IMG/VR virus record: IMGVR_UViG_2690315754_000004
Location: 1,612-65,611 of that record
Origin: a virus
Taxonomy: Duplodnaviria; Caudoviricetes
Strand: one strand, 5' to 3'
Length of the DNA: 64,000 nucleotides
Shown here: one piece after another, positions 1 through 9,081 of the stretch
Layout of the letters: the number at the start of each line of letters is the position of its first letter
How positions within the stretch are numbered: the stretch's first letter is position 1
Made by a program: the position numbers and the translations under genes
Notes under the pieces: generated by a model
What the model was told of the DNA's origin: nothing
The model's database searches: none
Seen by the model: only the letters and a program-made list of their open reading frames with translations

Positions 1-458
1 GGCCGGGCCGCGTACCAGCGGCGCGCGCGGGAGACGACCCGCGACTTGCACGTGGCGCAAAACGGCGATTTCAGGCCCACCGGCGGCCGGTTGCATCCCG
101 GCACGGCGCACACCGCGCCCCGGGGCGGCAGATCGAACGGGAACCGGCCTCTTACCCTGGTCCGGATCGCCGCGTTGCCCGGCTTGGATCGGCCGGCGGC
201 AAGGGCCCTGGCGGCCGCCTCGTCCGGCCCGCGGCCGCCGTACATCAGGCGGCAGGCGTCGCACAACGCGTTGCCCTTGTCCTTGCCCGCCAGGGGACAG
301 GGGCGGCCCGTGTCCGGCCGGCACTTGCAAGGGCTGGCCAGGATGCCCGGCTCCAGGGGATTGACCCGCCGCGCGCAGCCCGCATCGTCCAGCAAGGGCG
401 CCGCATGGAACTGACCGGGGATATCGCCCGAGGACCTGCTCGATCGCAGCATGGCCAT
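1..458 (-). CDS. Cys-rich hypothetical phage protein, 3' partial (runs off the window)
   Basis: ATG at 458 with AAAGGA RBS. The frame is open to position 1 and has CKC, CDAC, CAVPGC and CATC motifs. Confidence 0.6.
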   Translation of the reverse strand, partial: MAMLRSSRSSGDIPGQFHAAPLLDDAGCARRVNPLEPGILASPCKCRPDTGRPCPLAGKDKGNALCDACRLMYGGRGPDEAAARALAAGRSKPGNAAIRTRVRGRFPFDLPPRGAVCAVPGCNRPPVGLKSPFCATCKSRVVSRARRWYAAR

Positions 459-666
459 CTATCCTTTCGCCACCGGCGTGCCGGGCAGGTGTTCAGCCCC
501 GGCCGGCGCCCGGCAACTCATCGCCAGCAAGCCACCGGAAACGACAGCCTTTCCCCTGCGGCGATAAACGTTGGACATTTTTTCCCACTTCATGTACATA
601 GCCACATTTGTTTCCATATTAAAACGGCACGTTAGAAAATCTTTCCACTTCAAGCGCGGAGGTGTC

Positions 667-2001
667 ATGCGAAAGTTCTCCTGGTCCAACCTGTTGATCC
701 TGGTACTGGTGGCCGTGCTGTGTGCCTGTTCGGGCGGCGGAAGTGATGACGGGAACGAAAACGGTGGCGACATTGTCCGTTCCTGGGGAACGGCCGAGAC
801 GCTTGAAACCAGCAGCCAGGACGCGGAAGCTCCGCAGATCGCCATGAGCGACGACGGCACGGCCATCGCCGTGTGGCGCCAGTTCGACGGCACGCAATAC
901 GACATCTGGGCCAACCGCTATGACGGCAGCTCCTGGGGCACGGCCGAACTGATCGAAAGCGATGACACAGGCGACGCGGAATTTCCGCAGGTCGCCATGG
1001 ACGTTGACGGCGGCGCTATCGCCGTGTGGGGCCAATTCGACGGCACGCTTACCAACATCTGGGCCAACCGGTTCGACGGCAGCGCCTGGGGCACCGCCGA
1101 GCTGATCGAGCACGACGACACCAACAACGCGGCATTTCCGCAGGTCGCCGTGGACGCCGACGGTGGCGCCATCGCCGTATGGGAGCAATACGACGGCACG
1201 CGCTTCAGCATCTGGGCCAACCGCTTCGATGGCAGCGCCTGGGAAGGGGCCGGGCTGATCGAAACCGACAATGCCGGCGACGCATCTAAGCCTCAGGTCG
1301 CCATGAACGAAAGCGGCCAGGCCATGGCCGTGTGGAAGCAATCCGACGGCACCCGGAACAACATCTGGGCCAGCCGGTTCAACGGCAGCACCTGGGACAC
1401 CGCCGCAATGATCGAGGACGAAAATCTGGGCAGTGTGAACAGTCCCCAAATCGCCATGAGCGCCGACGGCCGGGCCATCGCCGTGTGGGACCAGAACGAC
1501 GGGTTCCGGGACAACATCTGGGCCAACCGGTTCAACGGCAGCGCCTGGGGCACGGCCGAAAAGATCGAGGACGAAGACCTGGGCCATGCGAGAGACCCCC
1601 AGATCGCCATGAGCACCGACGGCGACGCCATCGCCGTCTGGCATCAATACGACGGCTTCCGGTTCAGCATCCGGTCCAACCGGTTCGACGGCGGCGCCTG
1701 GGGCACTGCCGTGCTGATCGAAGACGACGACACCGGCCACGCGACTTTTCCGCAGGTCGCCATGGATGCCGACGGGTGCGCCATCGCCGTTTGGTATCAG
1801 TATGACGGCCTCTGGCACAACATCCAGGCCAACCGCTTCGATGGCGCAACCTGGACCGGGGCCGAAATGATCGAAGACGACGACACCGAAAACGCATATG
1901 ATCCGCAAATCGCCATGACCGCCGACGGCAACGCCATTGCCGTATGGCAACAAACCGCCGACGGCAACCACGACGACATCTGGTCCAACCGCTACGAATA
2001 A
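667..2001 (+). CDS. Repeat lipoprotein (about 8 x 51-aa repeats, probable beta-propeller), moron
   Basis: GGAGG RBS. Signal peptide MRKFSWSNLLILVLVAVLCAC with lipobox. Repeats WGTAELIE..DA..PQ(I/V)AM..DG.AIAVW.Q.DG...IWANRF. Confidence 0.85.
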   Translation: MRKFSWSNLLILVLVAVLCACSGGGSDDGNENGGDIVRSWGTAETLETSSQDAEAPQIAMSDDGTAIAVWRQFDGTQYDIWANRYDGSSWGTAELIESDDTGDAEFPQVAMDVDGGAIAVWGQFDGTLTNIWANRFDGSAWGTAELIEHDDTNNAAFPQVAVDADGGAIAVWEQYDGTRFSIWANRFDGSAWEGAGLIETDNAGDASKPQVAMNESGQAMAVWKQSDGTRNNIWASRFNGSTWDTAAMIEDENLGSVNSPQIAMSADGRAIAVWDQNDGFRDNIWANRFNGSAWGTAEKIEDEDLGHARDPQIAMSTDGDAIAVWHQYDGFRFSIRSNRFDGGAWGTAVLIEDDDTGHATFPQVAMDADGCAIAVWYQYDGLWHNIQANRFDGATWTGAEMIEDDDTENAYDPQIAMTADGNAIAVWQQTADGNHDDIWSNRYE

Positions 2002-2063
2002 CGCAGCGGCCACCGGCGCCGGCGCGCCCGGCGCACACCCGAACCAAGCGAGCGGGAAGATTC

Positions 2064-2258
2064 TCATGGCCAGATGCCCCTGTCCCGGGCCAGCCACTCG
2101 GGGATTTGCATGATGCAGTCCACATTGTTTGGCAGCATGCGCAGGTCCTTGACCAGGCTCTTGGGGATCCTCACCGTGCTCTCCCCGTCGTAGACGAACC
2201 AGCACGCATCCGTTTCGCCCTGCAGCTCGCCGCAAAACTCCACCGTCTTCACGTCCAT
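2064..2258 (-). CDS. Small phage early protein (MDVKTVEF...QIPEWLARDRGI)
   Basis: AGGAG RBS; part of a chain of overlapping small ORFs downstream of cro. Confidence 0.6.
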   Translation of the reverse strand: MDVKTVEFCGELQGETDACWFVYDGESTVRIPKSLVKDLRMLPNNVDCIMQIPEWLARDRGIWP

Positions 2259-2458
2259 GGCCGGGCTCCTTTCGCAGGGGGGATCGCCTTGGCCGCGTTT
2301 GTCCGGGCCGGGCAGCGGGGCGGCGCATCGGGCCGAAGATCGCAACTGTCCCGGCACCAGCGCGAGCCCGACTCCACGCACGCTGCGCAAAAGGCCGCGT
2401 GCAGGGCCCTTTTCCGGGCGAGCTCGGCCACTTCCTCGGGGAACAGAACGTGTCTCAT
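2249..2458 (-). CDS. Small Cys-rich phage protein
   Basis: AGGAG RBS; the start overlaps the stop of the upstream ORF (ATGA). Confidence 0.45.
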   Translation of the reverse strand: MRHVLFPEEVAELARKRALHAAFCAACVESGSRWCRDSCDLRPDAPPRCPARTNAAKAIPPAKGARPWT

Positions 2459-2703
2459 GGCGCCATCTCCTTTAAAGGGTGGACCCGGGCGGCCATGGAG
2501 GCCCGCCCGGGCGGGGGATAAGGAGGGGCCGATACTGGCGCCTCGGACCCGGGCGCTGGGGCGGCGGCAAAGCACGAGAGGGTGGCGGTCTCGCGCCTGG
2601 CGGCCGGTGGAAGATTGGCGATGGAGAACAGCAGATAGGCGATGCAGCCCAGAACGAGGATGAGAACGGCGGCCTGCCGGACGATGGCCTCAACCCTTGC
2701 CAT
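2455..2703 (-). CDS. Small membrane-anchored phage protein
   Basis: AGGAGG RBS; N-terminal hydrophobic helix. Confidence 0.5.
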   Translation of the reverse strand: MARVEAIVRQAAVLILVLGCIAYLLFSIANLPPAARRETATLSCFAAAPAPGSEAPVSAPPYPPPGRASMAARVHPLKEMAP

Positions 2704-2892
2704 GGCACCGCCTCCTTAATTCCTGGAAAAAATCATAATTGACCCAGATGCCGAACGACGCGCGGTCGCCGAGCCGCCGGTTGAACGCGTTCTGCTCGTC
2801 GTAGGTCATTTGCAGGTAGGCCAGCGGGCCCTCGCCGCTGCGGCCCATGCGGTAGAGCACGCACAAGTGCCTGTCCGGACCTGTGCACGGCG

Positions 2893-3375
2893 TCATGGCT
2901 CCCTCCGCGTGCCCGCGTCCAGGAGCTGATCGAGCTCGTGGCGGGCCTTGTCGTGGGCGTTTCGAATGCGGATCAGCTCGGTCGTCTCCAGCCGGCCGTC
3001 CTTTCGCGCCTCGCGGATCCGGGCGCCCAGCTCGCCGATGGCCACGGCCAGGTCGGCCAGCTCCAGGTCCGGGCACCCCTTGTCCGACGTGGCCGTGCCG
3101 TCTTTTTCCACCACCGCCAGGCCCAGGGGGGCGGCCAGAAGATCCAGGGCCGCGTGGGCCACGTCCCTGCGGCCGTGATCGTCCAGGGCGTCTAAAAACA
3201 GCGCCACCTGGTCGAGCACGTTTCGGCGCGTCACCCCGCAGTGGCGCGGATCGGCCGCCCACATCTGCATGTAGCGGGTCGTTCGGCCGAAAATCTCGTG
3301 CATCCGGCCGTCGGAAAGGGTTTTGCGGGCGATGTGGAAAATCTGATGGCTCTGGTATTGGTACCGGTACCGCAT
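2893..3375 (-). CDS. Phage regulatory CII-like protein
   Basis: Directly downstream of cro. Helical C-terminus ADLAVAIGEL...EARKDGRLETTEL resembles P2/186 CII-like proteins. Confidence 0.6.
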   Translation of the reverse strand: MRYRYQYQSHQIFHIARKTLSDGRMHEIFGRTTRYMQMWAADPRHCGVTRRNVLDQVALFLDALDDHGRRDVAHAALDLLAAPLGLAVVEKDGTATSDKGCPDLELADLAVAIGELGARIREARKDGRLETTELIRIRNAHDKARHELDQLLDAGTRREP

Positions 3376-3376
3376 C

Positions 3377-3631
3377 TCATCCCCCTTGGCCTGGGGTTCG
3401 TTTTGCGCCTGTTTCGAACTTTTCTGGGCAACAAGCCCCCCGGTAAAGATCTGAAAGAGCGGCCCTGATCTCATCGGGCGTGCCGTCGAGCCAGAGCTGC
3501 GGTTCAGTGCAGGTCACCTGGGCCAGGCGTTTGGCAAGCTTCCAGGATGGTCGGCGACGCCCATTCAGAATGTTTGAAATGTACGGCTGTGTGGTGCCTG
3601 CGGCCTGGGCTACTTGGTTTTGTGTTTTCAT
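3377..3631 (-). CDS. cro: Cro-like XRE HTH regulator
   Basis: TQNQVAQAAGTTQPYISNILNGRRRPS HTH; divergent from the repressor. Confidence 0.8.
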   Translation of the reverse strand: MKTQNQVAQAAGTTQPYISNILNGRRRPSWKLAKRLAQVTCTEPQLWLDGTPDEIRAALSDLYRGACCPEKFETGAKRTPGQGG

Positions 3632-3644
3632 ACCTCGTTGAAAT

Positions 3645-3718
3645 ATTACGTGACGTAATGCAAGTCAAGCGAAAAATTACACCATGAAATGATTAACTGT
3701 GATATTTCACCTTGGAAT
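3645..3718. promoter_or_regulatory. Three operator-like 15-bp palindromes between cro and cI (OR-like switch)
   Basis: ATTACG-TGA-CGTAAT (3645-3659), ATTACA-CCA-TGAAAT (3676-3690), ATTTCA-CCT-TGGAAT (3704-3718). Confidence 0.7.
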
Positions 3719-4292
3719 GAATACTGATATCAAAAAATATAAGAAAAACTTCTGCTTAGCCGTTAAGAACTGGTTTTTTACCAAATATAACCCAGTTAAA
3801 AGAGGCGATGTAACTGCGGCTGCGGAATATTTAGAAATAAGCCAGCCTCTGATGTCGCTTATTCTGGCTGGCGAAAAATGGTGTGGGGAGGAAACTAAGC
3901 GCCGTGAAATCGCCCAAAAAATCGGCATCCCCTACGAAGAAATGATCGGCCTGAAAGCCGGAGGCAACGATCAGACGCCCTGCCCAACGGAAAGCACCTG
4001 CCCATCTGAACAAAACGAAAAGACCGTCGATGAATCGATGGCTGAATTGATGAAATTGCCCCCAAAGAAGAGGGGGATCGAAATCGTCATGCTCGCCGCC
4101 GCCAGCAACATGATCACGGACGTCCAGGTGTCGCATGGCGACCGCGAACGCAGCGACAAGTATTTCGGCCCCCTGAAACGCTATTGGGATGGCGAAATCA
4201 CCGAACAAGAACTATATGACGAGTCCTACCAATTCTTTAAAAGAATCAGGGAAAAAGCGGATAAACTGCTCAAGGAACATGGTCTGAAGTAG
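3717..4292 (+). CDS. CI-like repressor (HTH, no S24 peptidase domain evident)
   Basis: VTAAAEYLEISQPLMSLILAGEK HTH; divergent from cro and followed by an ImmA-like protease. Confidence 0.65.
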   Translation: MNTDIKKYKKNFCLAVKNWFFTKYNPVKRGDVTAAAEYLEISQPLMSLILAGEKWCGEETKRREIAQKIGIPYEEMIGLKAGGNDQTPCPTESTCPSEQNEKTVDESMAELMKLPPKKRGIEIVMLAAASNMITDVQVSHGDRERSDKYFGPLKRYWDGEITEQELYDESYQFFKRIREKADKLLKEHGLK

Positions 4293-4335
4293 GGACGTTT
4301 AAGATGCAAGCCGGTAATCATTCTTAGGGGTGGGA

Positions 4336-4890
4336 ATGATCTACACTGCTATCAAAACGCTTGAAAAGCGCTGGCCACTGTTCAACCGGGAACCTCTCAC
4401 AAAAGCGCACTGCCTCAAATTGCTCGAAGAGATGGGCGTCATCGCGCTTGAGGACAGGCAGGTGCCGGAAGCGATGGCCTTGTGGTACCAAAAAAAGGCC
4501 TTCGTGATCTACAATCCCCATCTGAGCGACAGCGACCTTGTGCTGAACATCGGGCATGAGCTCGGCCACTTCGCTCTCGGCCACATCAAATCCACCCGCC
4601 TGCCGATACTATCGCGCATATTCAGCAAAACCATAGAAGAAAAAGATGCCGGCATCATCGGATTTCTCATGTGGGCGCCGACCGCCGAGCTTTGCCGGAT
4701 GTACGACAAGGGGCGGCTCAATATCGAGGAGCTCTACCGTTACGTCAAATTCAGGGACGGTGACATCGAGGAGGACAAGGCGCTACGGCTGTGCCACAGC
4801 CGTATCCGGATTTTCAACGGATTGCAGCGAACCCTCCGGCAGCTCAGGATGCCGGTGCAATTCCGCGTGCCGCCGTATTTTGGGATCTAA
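4336..4890 (+). CDS. ImmA/IrrE family Zn metallopeptidase (antirepressor)
   Basis: HExxH motif (IGHELGH) with downstream EEKDA; adjacent to the repressor. Confidence 0.8.
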   Translation: MIYTAIKTLEKRWPLFNREPLTKAHCLKLLEEMGVIALEDRQVPEAMALWYQKKAFVIYNPHLSDSDLVLNIGHELGHFALGHIKSTRLPILSRIFSKTIEEKDAGIIGFLMWAPTAELCRMYDKGRLNIEELYRYVKFRDGDIEEDKALRLCHSRIRIFNGLQRTLRQLRMPVQFRVPPYFGI

Positions 4891-4935
4891 GCGGGGGGTG
4901 CTATGCGATCTGGGAACAGAAGACCCCTTTTTTAA

Positions 4936-6027
4936 TTATTTTATATATGTTGTTAAAATTTCAAGAATTTTGTCAGCATGTTGATAAATATCAACGGTTG
5001 ACTCGATCGGGATTCTTGTTTCAACTTTGTTAACATCGAAAACGCCGAGATATTTGTTTTTGCTGTTAAACCACAATCGACAAATTGGCTTCCTGTTATT
5101 ATCGTCAAGCAGAATGCCCATATAGGATTTGGTGTCTCTGTGCATGATTCGTGAGGGAACAACTTTTTTTGCGCAGATTGCCCTCACTATATTCCAGCCA
5201 TCCAGTTCTTCATCAGTAGTAACTATGTCATTTCGTGTCGATTCCTGGCCTGATTCAGAAGCTACCTCTGGAACGTTTTCAGTTGTTACATTTTCATTTT
5301 CCAGAGCGTAACGGAGTCGGTCGCTTACCTTATCGCTAAGAAACTGATGAAAAGCCTTTGCCACCAACGGGGTAAATAGTTCTCTGTAAGTGGATGTAAA
5401 TCTGCTGCTTGGAATTACCCGCTGAAAAAAGAACCTTACAAACTCTTCATCGGGGGACTCTGATTGAATTTGAATAACCTTTTTAATCTCGGAGGTATAT
5501 TTGAGCTCACTTGCAGTACTGAGCATGCGATCAAGGTCAAAATCCTCTTTTGCCATTTTTTTGACCTCGAACAGGGCATTAGATTTTGGGTTGGAAAGGT
5601 CAAGTTCTAAAAATGGCTTGTTATCCATCCTATTAGTTTCTTCTAGATCAGAAAAAAATTTGTATTGGATTCCATTCGTTAAAATGGCAATGCGCGCTTT
5701 TGTTACGCTAAAGTAACGATAAAGCTGGCTCATGCATTCTTGGGAAAGGTCACTATTTGCCTTTTTGCATTCGAATAATATGATGGTCTCTCCATCTCGC
5801 ATTATTGCATAATCAACTTTTTCCCCCCTTTTAGTACCAATATCAGCAGTGAATTCTGGAACGACCTCCTTGGGATTAAAAACATCATAGCCAAGGGCAG
5901 CAATGAAGGGCATGACAAGAGCGTTCTTGGTGGCTTCTTCAGTCTGTAGGTGGTCTGTCAATTTTGGAAGCCTCTGGATCAATGCTGCAATTTTTTCATC
6001 GAAGCTCATGTTTAATCCTCCATTCAT
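4936..6027 (-). CDS. HsdR N-terminal-like PD-(D/E)xK restriction endonuclease-like protein
   Basis: TEEATKNALVMPF..LGYDVF, EVVPEF, KVDYAI, FECK and AILTNG motifs. The start may be 6009. Confidence 0.8.
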   Translation of the reverse strand: MNGGLNMSFDEKIAALIQRLPKLTDHLQTEEATKNALVMPFIAALGYDVFNPKEVVPEFTADIGTKRGEKVDYAIMRDGETIILFECKKANSDLSQECMSQLYRYFSVTKARIAILTNGIQYKFFSDLEETNRMDNKPFLELDLSNPKSNALFEVKKMAKEDFDLDRMLSTASELKYTSEIKKVIQIQSESPDEEFVRFFFQRVIPSSRFTSTYRELFTPLVAKAFHQFLSDKVSDRLRYALENENVTTENVPEVASESGQESTRNDIVTTDEELDGWNIVRAICAKKVVPSRIMHRDTKSYMGILLDDNNRKPICRLWFNSKNKYLGVFDVNKVETRIPIESTVDIYQHADKILEILTTYIK

Positions 6028-6051
6028 TCATAGCGCTCATTTTTCTTTTGG

Positions 6052-6112
6052 AGCTAACGACAAGCTGTCGGGCGGCATGGCCCTCGCCGTACCGACCAGC
6101 GTCAGGTTAGGC
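6052..6112 (-). other. attC: attC site 1
   Basis: Minus strand: R'' GCCTAAC, L'' GCTGGTCG (extra base), L' CGACAGC, R' GTTAGCT. The gene stop TAA lies inside R''. Confidence 0.9.
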
Positions 6113-6817
6113 ATTTTTTGGTATCCAGTTTAGCTGATTAGCATGAAGGAACTCTAACGTATTGTTATATTTCGTTCTATTTTTTTCGTCAGCCTTACGC
6201 TTCATTGCCTCTAGTGGCCTGATGAATACACTTTGTCCGTTTATTTGCCCGTTGTTGAAAGCAAAGGCATAGACTGGGCCGCTCAATTCTGAATTAATAA
6301 TCCCATCGCCAGGTATCATCCTGTAGACTAAGCGTTCATGAGCTGGCAAGCCTATTCGATCTAGTTGCTTGATTGCGGACGGAGTAAGAACGAACCCTAA
6401 CCAATTTTGGCCTTCTCCATATCGGTAGGCCTCAATGAGTGCTGGGCCTATAAATACGTTGCGTTCAAGTTGAGTGTACAAATCACCGCAAGAGATGGCT
6501 CCACGAACTGGGATTTGATTCATAATCAATTTTTGAAAGAAAAGGCGACCGGCTTGCTCAACTAAAGCGAATTCTTGTGCGGAATTCGACTGTGAAAAGA
6601 TTATAAAAGTGTCAGAAAACCACGAAAACGAAATACCATGTTTTCCTTTATCGTTACGCGAAATATCTATGCTATCGAGCGCTTTCTCGTATAGAGGAAG
6701 TATCTGGTTAATGCTTTTAGTTTCGACTTGTCGTGCGAATCCAAGTAAATCTAAATAGCAAAACCATCTAGATCGATATCTTAATTCTTTCGGTAAATTT
6801 ATCTTCATCGCGTCCAC
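6107..6817 (-). CDS. Class III nucleotidyl cyclase-like protein (cassette)
   Basis: YLDLLGF, FSDT, VRGAI and GPALIEAY..E motifs match the adenylate/guanylate cyclase fold. Confidence 0.65.
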   Translation of the reverse strand: MDAMKINLPKELRYRSRWFCYLDLLGFARQVETKSINQILPLYEKALDSIDISRNDKGKHGISFSWFSDTFIIFSQSNSAQEFALVEQAGRLFFQKLIMNQIPVRGAISCGDLYTQLERNVFIGPALIEAYRYGEGQNWLGFVLTPSAIKQLDRIGLPAHERLVYRMIPGDGIINSELSGPVYAFAFNNGQINGQSVFIRPLEAMKRKADEKNRTKYNNTLEFLHANQLNWIPKNA

Positions 6818-6818
6818 T

Positions 6819-6883
6819 GCCTAACGTCGTCTTCAGGGGCTGCAACGGCCTATCAGCAGTCCGACTGAAAGATATGGTTAGAG
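6819..6883 (-). other. attC: attC site 2
   Basis: R'' CTCTAAC ... TTTCAGTC / CCCTGAA ... R' GTTAGGC, with inner hairpin CTGC/GCAG. Confidence 0.85.
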
Positions 6884-7831
6884 GTTCTCGTTCGATTTTA
6901 CTTTTCGCTGTATTTCTACAACCATGCTTCTAAAGTCCTTTTGATCTTCGGAAAAAATAATGTCCATCACATAATCGATTGGAACAATTTTGGTGATGCC
7001 TGTATTTTCAATCAACAGAAGCTTTTCGTGCTGTTGCTCCTGATCAGTTTTTACTTTGTCCATTCTTAATGGGCTTGGTACAAATTCAGTAACAATTCCT
7101 AACAATCCAAATCTCCACCCTGCAAGCAATGGCCCTTTTTCCGAACGCTCTATAAGAACATACGCTGGACCGCCGCTGTTACCACCAAATGCCTGACAGT
7201 CAATGAAATATGCTTTTTGCTTTCCTCCAGGAAGCATTATCTCGCTTTCAGGAATTAATGATATAGTCCCGAATCTAGAAAGAACCATATTTGGTCCTTC
7301 CTCAGCAAATATGTATGGAACCAATCCTAAGGTAAATACCTGGTCTCCTTGTGCCACTTTGTATTTCTTTAGCCACTCAGAAGATGCAATAAACTCATCA
7401 TCAGATGTTTCAATGGGCTTTACCCCAATATCTAATCTATCCATAATATTAAAAATATTTAATAGGGCAACCGCAAGATCGATCGACTCGTTTGGGTGCT
7501 CTATCCATCTTTTTCCCTTAATAGTATAGGTGGGGAAATTGATTATTTCTGCCCCTATTTTTTCTTTCAAATTGAATCTAATTGAAAGAGGGGTCGATGG
7601 ATTTTCAAGAACTGGTTTGATTACATGTTTGGCAGATATTAAGTAGCAGAAATAGTTATTGTCTTGCTTCATAAAGAGCAAGAAACCTGTACCTACAGGT
7701 TTCCTATTTTTCATAACGAAGACGCAGGAATTTCTTACCCATTCTGGGATTGTAAATACCCCAGCTATAGTGGTTTGACAGAGCGTAAACAATAGAACAA
7801 ACGTAATCGTAACCATCTTTACAATACGCAT
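6878..7831 (-). CDS. Secreted trypsin-like serine protease (cassette)
   Basis: Signal peptide; GTGF, SAKHV (His), IDLA (Asp) and GGNSGGP (Ser) catalytic triad. Confidence 0.85.
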   Translation of the reverse strand: MRIVKMVTITFVLLFTLCQTTIAGVFTIPEWVRNSCVFVMKNRKPVGTGFLLFMKQDNNYFCYLISAKHVIKPVLENPSTPLSIRFNLKEKIGAEIINFPTYTIKGKRWIEHPNESIDLAVALLNIFNIMDRLDIGVKPIETSDDEFIASSEWLKKYKVAQGDQVFTLGLVPYIFAEEGPNMVLSRFGTISLIPESEIMLPGGKQKAYFIDCQAFGGNSGGPAYVLIERSEKGPLLAGWRFGLLGIVTEFVPSPLRMDKVKTDQEQQHEKLLLIENTGITKIVPIDYVMDIIFSEDQKDFRSMVVEIQRKVKSNENL

Positions 7832-7839
7832 ATGCTCTC

Positions 7840-7900
7840 CTTTAACGTCTTTCTTTGGGGCGGCATGATCCTCGCCGTCCCCAACAGAAAAATGCTATGT
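7840..7900 (-). other. attC: attC site 3
   Basis: R'' ACATAGC (variant containing the TAG stop) and R' GTTAAAG. Shares the GGGCGGCATG..CTCGCCGTCCC core (plus strand). Confidence 0.8.
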
Positions 7901-8767
7901 GCGCATTTTATAAAGGTTTTCATTAATTTCAAAGATCGCTGCCTTAAGGACCTGCAAACATATCTTAGCTGTATGCTCTCTTGGATTAAAACCTGAACTC
8001 ATCTGCTCGAACGGATGTATATAATTCCTGAAATCCCTTAATGAGTGACTAAATTTTTGAGTATCATGTTGTATAAGGCCAAGATCTCTTGCTACATCGA
8101 TAAAAGCGCTAAGGCTCCAATCATGGAACTGCTTAACTTTTCCGTTTCCATCTTTGGGTGATGATTTGGCCATATTGAAATTTTTTGGATACTGAATGGC
8201 AAGACCCAAAAAAATACCTTCAAGGGTACTACCTGCAAGAAGAATAACTGCTAAAGGCGATCCAGATGAGAAGCATTTTTCAATCTCTTTTATTCTATAT
8301 TGCAAAACATCTGAAACAACACCTTCAAGCCCTATACCTTTAACATTCACGTCATTGAATTCTCGATTGAGAAAATCATTCTCTGTTTCTTCAGCAATGT
8401 CGCAATCATCAATTTCAACTTTATCCAGTTTTTGAAATATGATATCTGCGCCATTCCGTACAACCTTCCATTTATCAAAGGCCAAGAATTGGTTAAAATC
8501 TTTTATATATGAGTCCAGCGCACCATACTGGCCGATAAAATTGACTGGTGCAAATACATTCTTTATACATTTATCTAATTCTGGAGTGCCATTAATCACC
8601 TCTAATTTTTGATCCGTGAAATACCAACGCGAGGGAAAACCTTGTCCATAAGAATCATTAAAACCCAATTCATTAAAAAATTGAACAATCTTAGGTCCAG
8701 ATCTGTATTCCGTCTCCTCATTTATTAGCTGTCTGAGTTTTTCTAATGTCTTCTTACTAAGAATCAT
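7895..8767 (-). CDS. AbiJ-NTD-like plus HEPN (RNase) protein, abortive-infection-like (cassette)
   Basis: C-terminal HEPN Rx4H motif RNYIH and AVILLAGSTLEG helix; N-terminal YRSGPK..FF..GF.D.YGQGFPSRW. Confidence 0.65.
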   Translation of the reverse strand: MILSKKTLEKLRQLINEETEYRSGPKIVQFFNELGFNDSYGQGFPSRWYFTDQKLEVINGTPELDKCIKNVFAPVNFIGQYGALDSYIKDFNQFLAFDKWKVVRNGADIIFQKLDKVEIDDCDIAEETENDFLNREFNDVNVKGIGLEGVVSDVLQYRIKEIEKCFSSGSPLAVILLAGSTLEGIFLGLAIQYPKNFNMAKSSPKDGNGKVKQFHDWSLSAFIDVARDLGLIQHDTQKFSHSLRDFRNYIHPFEQMSSGFNPREHTAKICLQVLKAAIFEINENLYKMRT

Positions 8768-8802
8768 TGTATTACTCTAATTTCACATGCATTAGTGCAT
8801 TA

Positions 8803-8959
8803 GGGGACATACATGAAAGTATAAAAAAACATGGACGGTGTACAGGGTGTACAGGGACGCCTTCAGATTTGTACATTTGCAATCCATTTTCTGCAATATA
8901 GCTCGGGTAATGTAAAAATCCGAAGGGCGTCCCTTAAATCCACGTCCCTTAAATCCCCC
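8803..8959. repeat. REP/MITE-like element, copy A
   Basis: GGGACGCC..TTC / GAAGGGCGTCCC inverted repeat (8854-8933) with stuttered terminal copies; similar to copies B and C. Confidence 0.7.
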
Positions 8960-9014
8960 AAAATTATAAAGCCAGAGATTTTTAAAATTTTTTAATTTAA
9001 ATCTTCGTTAAAAA

Positions 9015-9076
9015 GTATAACGGCATTGTCACGGGCGGCATGCGCCGCTGCCTTCCCGTTGACATTTTGGTTCGAT
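9015..9076 (-). other. attC: attC site 4
   Basis: R'' ATCGAAC, ATGTCAAC/GTGACAA boxes, R' GTTATAC. Confidence 0.85.
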
Positions 9077-9081
9077 GATTC

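Noticed and set aside
780-2001. Diversity-generating retroelement template/variable repeats
   Set aside because: The repeats are in-frame protein repeats, the differences are not adenine-specific, and there is no reverse transcriptase in the window.
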